A DNA stretch of 64,000 nt, taken from the IMG/VR virus record IMGVR_UViG_3300012344_000013, positions 1 to 64,000 of that record. One strand, written 5' to 3'. The stretch comes from a virus (Duplodnaviria; Caudoviricetes). Position 1 is the stretch's first letter. Each line of letters begins with the position of its first letter. The notes under the pieces were generated by a model. It was not told where the DNA came from. It worked only from the letters and a program-made list of their open reading frames with translations, and ran no database searches. The translations under genes were made by a program, and so were the position numbers. Positions 39,079 through 48,166 of the stretch are shown in pieces.

Positions 39079-39272
39079 TGTTTATTACGGGAGAATTTGT
39101 TAAAGGTGATAATACCTATGAAGCCTTTAACGGAAGTGTATTTCTTAAATTAGATAGAGATAACAAAAAGCTTATTTTCAAAGACATGTCAGAAACAGAA
39201 ATTTGTTTTATGTCTTTTGATACAGAAGCAGAATTAGTATTAAAATTTAATAATATTTGCGGCATAGGTTAA
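39078..39272 (+). CDS. Small hypothetical protein
   Basis: TAATG stop/start coupling, SD GGAGG. Confidence 0.5.
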   Translation: MFITGEFVKGDNTYEAFNGSVFLKLDRDNKKLIFKDMSETEICFMSFDTEAELVLKFNNICGIG

Positions 39273-39341
39273 TTAGATAGCCGTTCTCTAAAACTAAGGT
39301 TGTATATAATTATATAATAATGAGTTAAGGAGAACATGTAA

Positions 39342-40100
39342 ATGCAAGATTATATTATAGCAGAAGATTTTACATTGCCTTCATTAGGTAAAGTATATGG
39401 AGACGTAGAAGTAAATCCCCATATAAAACTTCGTAGTATGACGACAAATGATGAGATGAAAAGACTTAATCATTCAGAAAGAGCTTATAAAGTTCTGGCG
39501 GATGTAATAGATGATTGTTTAGTAGAAAGTCCTGGAATATCTGCTTACGATTTATGTTTAGCAGATTTTCAGTTTTTGCTGCATAAGTTAAGAATAGTTA
39601 CATATGGACCGGATTATAAAGTAATGTCCACTTGTCCATACTGTAGGTCAACTGAAGAGCTAACAATCAATCTAGAAGCCTTTGAAGTTAAAACATTTGA
39701 TGAAAAAGTATTAGATAGTTTTACAATAGAATTACCTGTAACAAAAAAGAAAGTAAAACTTAGAATGCAGACTCCAAGGTCACTAGATGATGTAGAAGAG
39801 AAAGTACGAGAGTATAATCGAAGAACATCATCGAAAGATGGTTCAGAGTCTGCTTTTTTATTTAATCTTGAAGATTTAATAGACTCTGTAGATGGTAAGG
39901 TTTTAGATGTAATTAAAAAACCTGAGTTTATAAAAAGTCTTCCTATGAGAGATACTAACTATATTTTACAAAAAGCAGAAGCATTGAATAGCGCAATAGG
40001 TTTAACTGCTGAGCAAGTTTGCTATTGTCCTATGTGCGGGTTAGATTATACTGTTCCCTTTCGTTTCACCTCTGAATTTTTTAGACCCTCAGTGGACTGA
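39342..40100 (+). CDS. Tail assembly chaperone / T4 gp26-like hub assembly protein
   Basis: 'LPSLG..Y', 'MTT.DE', 'D..FLL..LRI.TYG', CPYC...CPMC, ends 'EFFRP'; precedes the tape measure gene. Confidence 0.75.
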   Translation: MQDYIIAEDFTLPSLGKVYGDVEVNPHIKLRSMTTNDEMKRLNHSERAYKVLADVIDDCLVESPGISAYDLCLADFQFLLHKLRIVTYGPDYKVMSTCPYCRSTEELTINLEAFEVKTFDEKVLDSFTIELPVTKKKVKLRMQTPRSLDDVEEKVREYNRRTSSKDGSESAFLFNLEDLIDSVDGKVLDVIKKPEFIKSLPMRDTNYILQKAEALNSAIGLTAEQVCYCPMCGLDYTVPFRFTSEFFRPSVD

Positions 40101-40305
40101 GAATGGCGAGTTATACGCACCTAAGAGATTAGAAGATTTAATAAGAGAACGCTATTTAATTACAAAATATTGTCATACTTCTTACGAAGAAGTGGGAAGA
40201 ATGACTCCAACAGAAAGATTGACTTTAATACAATACATAAAAGAAGAATTAGAATATAAACAGAAGCAAATACAGGAGAGTAAGAGAAATAACAACAGGA
40301 GGTGA
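40081..40305 (+). CDS. Frameshift extension of the tail chaperone (G/GT-type), missing from the ORF track
   Basis: 74 open codons in the +1 frame from the T6 run at 40077-40082: LDPQWTENGELYAPKRLEDLIRERYLITKYCHTSYEEVGRMTPTERL... Confidence 0.7.
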   Translation, partial: LDPQWTENGELYAPKRLEDLIRERYLITKYCHTSYEEVGRMTPTERLTLIQYIKEELEYKQKQIQESKRNNNRR

Positions 40306-40309
40306 TTAG

Positions 40310-42901
40310 ATGCCACAGTCTCCTATAAATGAATATGTTAATAGTAGTATGGGAGCTGATACTAATACAGCGGGAACGAGATTTCAAGATACTGTTGTTA
40401 ATGGATTTAATATAAGCGCAAGAGCACTCGAAGATATGACCAGAAGCTTGGCGGATAGAAATAGAGAAATGCAGAAACTTAGAGATTCTATCCGACAAGC
40501 TAACAGAACTGGTGATACAGCTGCTTCTAATACACTTAGAAAAAAATATGAAGATGAATTCACTAAGCTTCGTATTGAGAATGAGAAGAAGATAGAAAAA
40601 GCTGCTTATATATTTGCAAAAGATAATTATAATAAGTTATCTACTGCTAAGAAGGTAGAATTCGATAAAAGCCGTAAAGCAGAGTTAGAGCTTGAAAAAT
40701 CTAAAATAAAAGCTGCTAAAGAAGCGGGACTTATAGATAAAAACGCTTCCAAAGAACGGATGAAGGCTATCAATGACGAAACCAGAGCTATTGAAGATAG
40801 AATAAAGAAAAATCAAGATGCTGAGAAGAAGCGCATGGACGAGAATAATAAGTACATGACCGCTTTAGAAACTCGTCGAATGACTGATGCACAGAAGAAG
40901 CAATTAGCGCTTGATAAAAAAGCAGCTGATGCTAAGAAAAAACTTCAAGACACTTTAGAAGATGAAACAGCTACTAGTGAAGATAAACAAAAAGCTTATG
41001 CTGCCGCTGCAGCAGCTGAAGATGAGGCTGAGAGAAATAAAAAAGAGCAAGAGTTAAAAGATAATATTGGTAAAGCTCTAAATAATCTTGCCAAAGCAGC
41101 ATTCAGTGCAGTTGAAACTGGTATGGATTTGTATCCTCAGTATCAAGGAGCTATAAACGCTAGATTACAAGGTAGTGGCAAATATTATCAAGATATAAGT
41201 GGCATGATAAGGTCTAATTTACAATTTAGTCCTTATGTTAAACAACAAACTATGCTTGAAAATTTAAATAAATTAGTAGAAGCTGGTATTGCATATAATG
41301 TAGAAGAAAGAGCATTTTTAGCTTCTGTAGCAGAAAATATAGCAACTACTTTTGATGCTACTAATGGAACCATATTAAGGATAGTTAGATTGCAACAAGC
41401 TGATTCTACTGCTGCTAGATTGGGTATGGAAGCTTCTCTAACTTCTTTCTTAAATAATATGTTTCAGAACACTGAGTATTTAACAAATACTTTCAAAGAT
41501 GTTACTGATAAATTATTAGAAGCAACATCTACTATGACAAGAGAAAATTCGGTCGCTTTCGAATATATGGTTCAGAAGTGGTTGGGCGCTTTAGAATCTG
41601 TAGGTGTTTCAGAAAGTACTTTAAGTAAGATAGCAGAAGGTATTGGCTATTTAGGCAGTGGGAATATTGCTGCTTTAAGTAGTGATGAAGGTTTACAGAA
41701 TCTAATGGTAATGAGTGCGAATAAAGCAGGTGAGAACTATGCTGATTTACTTATTAAAGGATTGGATTCGAGTAGCACTAATAAGCTATTAAAATCAATG
41801 GTTGAGTACTTACAAGAAATAGCAGGTAATCAGAATAAAGTAGTACGTTCTGCTTATGGTAACGTATTTGGCGTATCTCAATCAGATTTAATGGCTATAA
41901 CAAACCTAACATCTTCCGATATTTCTAATATCGTGAACCAAGGATTAAGCTATGATGCCGCATATGCTGAAACTAAAAAGCAATTAGGAACACTTGCCAT
42001 GTCTATGGTAGATTTACTACATGGGCGTCTTAGCAGAGTTCAAATGATGAATACAGCCTTGACCAATATGTTTACTACTATGGGAGGAGACGTAAGTAGT
42101 AATTTATTTACTTATGGCTCCTATAAATTAGTAGATATGTTGCAATCTGCTGGAGTAGATGCTGAAATTCCTTTCCTTACCGCAGCTGGTTTTGGTTTGG
42201 ATTTACATGCTTCCATAGGAGATTTGCTCAAAGTAGGTATTATTGGTATATCTTCTTTATCTAGATTAGGTTCTGTTATTAGTGGATTAACCTCTGCAGG
42301 AGGATTAAATCTTGCTTCTTGGGGAGGACAAGATGTTCTTACAAGAGGAACCGGTTTAACTTTAGCAGATACACTTAGAGCTGGAACTTCGCAGAGTACT
42401 TCAGTTGGTAAAGGTAGTTCAAGTTATTCAGATATTGAGGGTGGGAGTTTAGCTGGTCAAGCAGATAAAGCTAAAGAAACTCAAAAGAAAACAGGTATGC
42501 AAGAGACGATGCCTGAAAAAACTATTGATGATATTTGGAAACTCCTAGCAGTAAACGAAACAACTCTCAAAACAGTGCCTGTACAGATAACGGGCGTTGA
42601 TGATACCCTTGTGATACCTGTGAGAGACAATGCAGTATTAACAAAAATGGATAGTTTAGGTATAGCAAGCTTAGTTACAGCGCTTACACCTGAAACAGGA
42701 AATACTAATAAGTATGCAGAATTATTCTCATGCAATGTAGCTTCTGATTTAGACGGTAATTCATTAACATTAGGAAATCTAATAGCATTGATGCTAAGCG
42801 GTAACTTAGAAGTAATTGCTAAGCAATCAGATATTGACAGTTCTACCACCTTTGCGAATATAATCACAAGCATGAAAAACACATATAATATACCTAGATA
42901 A
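40310..42901 (+). CDS. Tape measure protein
   Basis: 863 aa, helical/coiled coil; lies after the chaperone and before the baseplate genes. Confidence 0.75.
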   Translation: MPQSPINEYVNSSMGADTNTAGTRFQDTVVNGFNISARALEDMTRSLADRNREMQKLRDSIRQANRTGDTAASNTLRKKYEDEFTKLRIENEKKIEKAAYIFAKDNYNKLSTAKKVEFDKSRKAELELEKSKIKAAKEAGLIDKNASKERMKAINDETRAIEDRIKKNQDAEKKRMDENNKYMTALETRRMTDAQKKQLALDKKAADAKKKLQDTLEDETATSEDKQKAYAAAAAAEDEAERNKKEQELKDNIGKALNNLAKAAFSAVETGMDLYPQYQGAINARLQGSGKYYQDISGMIRSNLQFSPYVKQQTMLENLNKLVEAGIAYNVEERAFLASVAENIATTFDATNGTILRIVRLQQADSTAARLGMEASLTSFLNNMFQNTEYLTNTFKDVTDKLLEATSTMTRENSVAFEYMVQKWLGALESVGVSESTLSKIAEGIGYLGSGNIAALSSDEGLQNLMVMSANKAGENYADLLIKGLDSSSTNKLLKSMVEYLQEIAGNQNKVVRSAYGNVFGVSQSDLMAITNLTSSDISNIVNQGLSYDAAYAETKKQLGTLAMSMVDLLHGRLSRVQMMNTALTNMFTTMGGDVSSNLFTYGSYKLVDMLQSAGVDAEIPFLTAAGFGLDLHASIGDLLKVGIIGISSLSRLGSVISGLTSAGGLNLASWGGQDVLTRGTGLTLADTLRAGTSQSTSVGKGSSSYSDIEGGSLAGQADKAKETQKKTGMQETMPEKTIDDIWKLLAVNETTLKTVPVQITGVDDTLVIPVRDNAVLTKMDSLGIASLVTALTPETGNTNKYAELFSCNVASDLDGNSLTLGNLIALMLSGNLEVIAKQSDIDSSTTFANIITSMKNTYNIPR

Positions 42902-42912
42902 GGAGGGATAGC

Positions 42913-44247
42913 ATGCAATTACAAGAATTTTTTAATAATAGTTTAGAATGTGGTTTCATTAAAAATATATTAAGCAATATAGCTATCCCTTTATATGATA
43001 CTATATCTTTGGGAGATTATATAGTAAAAGGCGGAATATACGCTTATAAAACTACGATTATAAGGTGTACTCAAAGTGGATATTTTTATGTAAAAGGATT
43101 TCCTGCAGCATTAAGAATAAACGAGAGATTGAAAGTACAAAATGAAGGTTTAGTAATAACTGATGGCGCAGGTGACCAAGAAAAAGGTAGTGAAGCTAAG
43201 TGGGAACAAATAGCTATATATACCTTTGGTAAAGATTCTACTAATTTAACTCAAACCTTTGATTCTAAATATAGCTATTATGACTCAGAAACGCATAAAT
43301 ATCTAGGAAATTATTTAAGATGTATAAGAGATATATTTGATATAAATTTAATGCCTTATTATAACTGTTTTAGTTATAATATATTGAATAATGTAAGAAT
43401 ATATTATTATAAAGACCCTGAACGCGCCACTAAATTAGACAGAGGTTTACCTGATGATAGTGGATGGCGTTGCAAGATAGCAGAAGATACTAATTATAAA
43501 TATATAGTAGTGCCTATTAAATATAATAAGACCTATAGTATATCGATAGATTGTCCTTCTCCTGTTATAGTAATGCCAGTATTATACGGATATAATTCTC
43601 TCATATCTATTGATATAAATGGCGAAACTAAAGATATAACAAATGATTTCTTTAATAAAATGGCATTTGTAAAGGAATTTAATAGATTAGATTTTAGAAA
43701 GCCAGTTAAAATGCAGGTAGATTTAGACAATTTTGTAGATGGTGTTTCCGGAATAAATCAAGAGACGTTATATATCTTAGAAGATTATTTATATTTATTG
43801 ATTAGATTACCTGCAGAGAACAAATCTTCTATAGTAGTATTAGAAGGTGATTATACTTCTACTTATTGTAAGAATACTATAAATATGGAGTATGCAGATA
43901 TAAATAATGTAGATAAGTTTACCCCGCACAGCTTTGATATGGTTAATCAAGTAGTTCCTAGTTTGATACAGGTAAATACCGGAGTGTCATATCCTTATAG
44001 CAATAGATTAGTAGAATATTTAACTACGACTCCTATAACCAATATAACTACGATAAAGAATAATCTATTAAATGTAAATAAGAAATTAGGGTTAAAAGAA
44101 AACGATTTCTGGGATAATTATATTAGGTTAACTGCTTATAACAGATATATGGAACGAGATATAACAAATGCATATAAATTTGATATAAGTGGATTTATTG
44201 ACAGAACAGTAGAAGAAGCTTTAGATGGAGGTAAATTAAATGCCTAG
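42913..44247 (+). CDS. Baseplate-region structural protein, unknown
   Basis: SD AGGAGG; position in module. Confidence 0.5.
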   Translation: MQLQEFFNNSLECGFIKNILSNIAIPLYDTISLGDYIVKGGIYAYKTTIIRCTQSGYFYVKGFPAALRINERLKVQNEGLVITDGAGDQEKGSEAKWEQIAIYTFGKDSTNLTQTFDSKYSYYDSETHKYLGNYLRCIRDIFDINLMPYYNCFSYNILNNVRIYYYKDPERATKLDRGLPDDSGWRCKIAEDTNYKYIVVPIKYNKTYSISIDCPSPVIVMPVLYGYNSLISIDINGETKDITNDFFNKMAFVKEFNRLDFRKPVKMQVDLDNFVDGVSGINQETLYILEDYLYLLIRLPAENKSSIVVLEGDYTSTYCKNTINMEYADINNVDKFTPHSFDMVNQVVPSLIQVNTGVSYPYSNRLVEYLTTTPITNITTIKNNLLNVNKKLGLKENDFWDNYIRLTAYNRYMERDITNAYKFDISGFIDRTVEEALDGGKLNA

Positions 44248-44881
44248 TACTGATATAAGAACATATAAAGCAGTAGATAACTATATTTATTTATATCATT
44301 TAGATAAATTCTTAGTAATACCTACCTACCCAGATAATTTACAGGATAATATGGGTGTTACATATGCGTCTCAAACACCTCTATCAAGGTCAGCTCCTAT
44401 ATATTCATATACTAGTTCTGGTCCTCGTTCTATGACGATTGGCTTAAATTTACATAGAGAGATGTTCAATCAAATAAACTATTCGAGGAGTAATTTTGCA
44501 AGAGATTTATCTGATGATTATGTAGATTTATTGATAAAGCATGTACACGCAATGGCATTACCTGTATACGGCGCTTCTTCTAAATTAGTAGACCCTCCTA
44601 TGATAGCTATAAGATTTGGTAATGATATTTTCTGTAAAGGTGTAGTAACAGGAAATGTATCAGTAAACTATGACTTACCTATTATAAGTGGAGGAAAATA
44701 CGCCACTGTAGGTATAGGTTTTACTATAAGTGAAGTAGACCCGTATGATGCTCAAACTGTTATAACACAAGGAAGTTATAGAGGTTTAGATTATAAAAAT
44801 AATTTAGAGAGAAATACGTGGTCTATGTCAGCCACTCCTGCTAATTATACTAATTTACAGAATCAGGTAGCGACGAGGTAG
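44240..44881 (+). CDS. Baseplate tube-initiator (gp48/gp54-like)
   Basis: 'RSAPIYSY..SGPRS', 'ALPVY...PP', 'F...EVDP'. Confidence 0.65.
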   Translation: MPSTDIRTYKAVDNYIYLYHLDKFLVIPTYPDNLQDNMGVTYASQTPLSRSAPIYSYTSSGPRSMTIGLNLHREMFNQINYSRSNFARDLSDDYVDLLIKHVHAMALPVYGASSKLVDPPMIAIRFGNDIFCKGVVTGNVSVNYDLPIISGGKYATVGIGFTISEVDPYDAQTVITQGSYRGLDYKNNLERNTWSMSATPANYTNLQNQVATR

Positions 44882-44884
44882 AGT

Positions 44885-45208
44885 ATGAATAGAGATACTA
44901 TAATTAATAAATCTTATAGAGCATATAATAAATTATCTCGATATAGTTCGTTTCCTTTTTGGTTTAATATAGAGGATAATAAATATTTTTATGGTATAAC
45001 AAATCAATTAGATGATACTACTTCTTATCTGATACATACTGTATCTGGAGAAGATACAATTGATTCGATATCATTAAAGTATTATAATACTCCAAATGAC
45101 TTTTGGATAATATGTGATTTCAATAGAATAAGAGACCCCTATATTAAATTAAAAGAGGGTCAACAATTAAAGATACCTGTAATAACAAGTATAAGATACA
45201 AGGATTGA
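44885..45208 (+). CDS. LysM-like baseplate wedge protein (gp53/P2 gpX-like)
   Basis: 'HTV...DTIDSISLKYY..P..FWII..FN.I.DP...L..GQQLKIP'. Confidence 0.8.
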   Translation: MNRDTIINKSYRAYNKLSRYSSFPFWFNIEDNKYFYGITNQLDDTTSYLIHTVSGEDTIDSISLKYYNTPNDFWIICDFNRIRDPYIKLKEGQQLKIPVITSIRYKD

Positions 45209-45212
45209 TGAG

Positions 45213-46490
45213 ATGATAACAAGCGATTTAGTGACTTCTTCTGAGTATATAGAAGTACCCTTTATAGCAGTTAAAATAGGAGAATATGCTTTTGGCAGCG
45301 TTCATAGCAGTAGTGATGGCCTTATCAATAGAGTAGGTACTACTGTTAAGAAAATATATCCTAATTTTATGAAATCTATAAATATAACTAAAATAAATGG
45401 TACTGTGAATACATATACTATAAATTTAGTATATGCTATACAACCTGGAGATGACCCTAATAAAATAGATTACATATTATCTACTATATCTGAGGAGAGA
45501 AAGATATATATTTCTTACGGAGATTGTAGTAAGCCTACATATATATTTAGAGAAGAAGAAGCACTTATAACATCTGTTAAATCGAATGTAAATGTTGCAG
45601 GTTCTAATATAAGTTATACTATAAGTGCAATTTCAACCTCATTGCCTCTTATGGCTAATTTCAACGATTTTGCTGCTACTGAAGCTAAACCAAGCGATGA
45701 GATAAAAAATATGATTAGAAACCAGAAGTTTGGTATAGCAGACGTGTTCAAAGGAATGCGAGATTTTTCTAAATTAGTAGCAAGTGGTATTATAGCTTCT
45801 AATGATAAAAAAGTAAGATTAGAAGCTCAAAATGGTGTAAGTACTTGGGATAGAATAAAATATTTAGTAGGCTGTATGGTAAATGTAGCAGATACAGCAA
45901 ATACTATAATAAAGAATTCATCTTATTTATTGACAATAGATGATAGTATCAATAATTTATTAGGAGGAACTTGTTTCAAAGTAAAAGAAGTTCCTGTAAC
46001 TATGAATACGTCAAGTAGTGAAGAAGTATTCGAGATAGATATTGGTTATCCTGGAAAAACGCTAGTTACAGGATTTAATGTAACTACAAATGATGCTTGG
46101 TCGATGCTATATAAAGCAAGTAACGCAGGAGAAGCTCCTAAGTATGTTTATAAGATAAATAATGAAGGCAAAATGATTCAAGTAGATTCTCCTTCATTAG
46201 TACAATCAAATGTATACAATAGAGTAACTACTTATGATTCGAATTGGTGGTCAGATGTTACTCAATTTCCTATAAATGCTACATTAACTATAAGAGGATT
46301 ATTGAAGCCAAGTATTTTATTGCAATATGTTAAATTAAATGTTTTATTCTATGGACAAGAGCATATAACTAGTGGTTACTATATAATAACTAAGCAAGAA
46401 GACGTTATAGATGGCAATGGCTATAGAACCACATTATCATTAACGAGATTAAATGACCCAACACATGGTGGGGGCGGAGGTAAATTCTAA
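45213..46490 (+). CDS. Baseplate hub (gp27/Mu gp44-like)
   Basis: C-terminal 'ATLTIRG...SGYYIITKQED.I...GYRTTLSL.R'. Confidence 0.7.
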   Translation: MITSDLVTSSEYIEVPFIAVKIGEYAFGSVHSSSDGLINRVGTTVKKIYPNFMKSINITKINGTVNTYTINLVYAIQPGDDPNKIDYILSTISEERKIYISYGDCSKPTYIFREEEALITSVKSNVNVAGSNISYTISAISTSLPLMANFNDFAATEAKPSDEIKNMIRNQKFGIADVFKGMRDFSKLVASGIIASNDKKVRLEAQNGVSTWDRIKYLVGCMVNVADTANTIIKNSSYLLTIDDSINNLLGGTCFKVKEVPVTMNTSSSEEVFEIDIGYPGKTLVTGFNVTTNDAWSMLYKASNAGEAPKYVYKINNEGKMIQVDSPSLVQSNVYNRVTTYDSNWWSDVTQFPINATLTIRGLLKPSILLQYVKLNVLFYGQEHITSGYYIITKQEDVIDGNGYRTTLSLTRLNDPTHGGGGGKF

Positions 46491-47774
46491 ATGCTAACAA
46501 AAGGAATAGTAGAAAAACTAATAGATTCCTATAGGATAAAAGTAAGAATACCTGTATATAATAAGCCAAGCTACGTAAATGGTGCTACTATAACTAATGA
46601 TTTATACGAAGCCTGTATTTGTACTTTACCTAATTGTAGTATGAATTTACAGGTGGGAGATATAGTTATTCTTGGATTTGAGGATAATGATATTGCTCAG
46701 CCTATTATATTAGGTTGTCTATACGCAAAAGATATAAATTACAGCAAAACAGATTTGGTAGTAAGTTCTATTGAAGCATTAAATTCTGTAAATTTACCTC
46801 AAGATACGTATATAGGCAATGTTACTCCTACAGATTTGGGGTATTTAACTGGATTAAAGAGTAACGTGCAAGGGCAGATAGACGTTCTTAATGGCATTCA
46901 ATCTGAGCAAACACTTAAATGGCAGGATTATATAAATAAAACTGTAGAAGAAGATTTAAGTGCCACTATTTTAGATATACCTATTAGCAATTTTGAAAAT
47001 GTATCTCAATATAGATTACAGGCTAATGTATTTAGTAATAATACTTCTGAAAGTGTTGCATTGAAGTTTATTGATATAAATAATAATATTAGAACTATTT
47101 TTTCTTTTAATAACGCCAGTTCAATACCTAGTGATAAAGTTATAGTAGAACCATTAACCTATAATAATTCTAGTCAAGAAAGTATTACATTACCCCCTGG
47201 AAGTATGACGGAAGTTACTAGATTTACTAGTGGAAACAATAAATTAATAATTCCATATGGAGATTGCTTGAATGGTTATCAATGGATTATACAGAATTTA
47301 GGTACATTACATGAATTGATAGGCAGCACAGAATTTACATTTTATCCTTCCGAGAGTAGCTATTTTGCACTTGATGCATATAGGTATAGATACACATTAG
47401 TTTATAAAAGCAGTAGTGGCTATACTATAGAACTTATTGCCTACGATTCTAATATTGCAGATGATACGTCGGATTTTATAGGAGTATTTAGCACTGATAC
47501 GGATAATGCAGGACATTGGGAATTTCAAAATGTTTCAACTAATGTATCACAGCGATACTATAAATTTTATTCAGAAGGTACTTGTTTTAATAATAATTAT
47601 ATCCAAATCTCTTGCGTAAATTTTAGTTCTACTTCCAGCAGAGGATATCTTCTTAAAGATGGAGATAAATTTTCTGATAATAGTAACAATATTACCACTT
47701 TAAGATTAGAGATATCTAATGGAACTAAATTGTTAAAAGGAACACAGATACAGATGCAAGTATTGTATAAATAA
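46491..47774 (+). CDS. Baseplate central spike (gp5/gpV OB-fold) with a C-terminal extension
   Basis: 'RIKVRIP', 'VGDIVILGFEDND...PIILG'. Confidence 0.75.
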   Translation: MLTKGIVEKLIDSYRIKVRIPVYNKPSYVNGATITNDLYEACICTLPNCSMNLQVGDIVILGFEDNDIAQPIILGCLYAKDINYSKTDLVVSSIEALNSVNLPQDTYIGNVTPTDLGYLTGLKSNVQGQIDVLNGIQSEQTLKWQDYINKTVEEDLSATILDIPISNFENVSQYRLQANVFSNNTSESVALKFIDINNNIRTIFSFNNASSIPSDKVIVEPLTYNNSSQESITLPPGSMTEVTRFTSGNNKLIIPYGDCLNGYQWIIQNLGTLHELIGSTEFTFYPSESSYFALDAYRYRYTLVYKSSSGYTIELIAYDSNIADDTSDFIGVFSTDTDNAGHWEFQNVSTNVSQRYYKFYSEGTCFNNNYIQISCVNFSSTSSRGYLLKDGDKFSDNSNNITTLRLEISNGTKLLKGTQIQMQVLYK

Positions 47775-47787
47775 AAAGGGAGTTATT

Positions 47788-48165
47788 ATGTATTCAATAG
47801 CATTTCCTAATTTTCTATCAGCATCTAAGACTAATTTATTATCTGACCATGATGCTACTTTATCTAACTTAAAATTGCTATTATATTCTGATAAAATGAC
47901 TTTATTAGGCGACCCTTATTTTGGAACTCATCTAAAGAAGTTAATATTTGAACAGAATGATAGCATTTTAGCAGATTTAGTTATAGATGATATCTATACA
48001 GCAATAATAACATTTATGCCTCAGATATCTGTAAAGAGAGAGAATATAGTTTTAACAACTGATAGAGAAAATGTTTTTGTAAATATAGAGTGTCTTAATT
48101 TGATAGATTATCAATTAGATACCTTTAATATAAATCTAACAAAGTATGAGGAAGGTGGTTTATAA
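47788..48165 (+). CDS. Baseplate gp25-like protein
   Basis: 'DPYFGT.LK.LIFEQND...I..AI..FMP.I'. Confidence 0.85.
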   Translation: MYSIAFPNFLSASKTNLLSDHDATLSNLKLLLYSDKMTLLGDPYFGTHLKKLIFEQNDSILADLVIDDIYTAIITFMPQISVKRENIVLTTDRENVFVNIECLNLIDYQLDTFNINLTKYEEGGL

Positions 48166-48166
48166 G

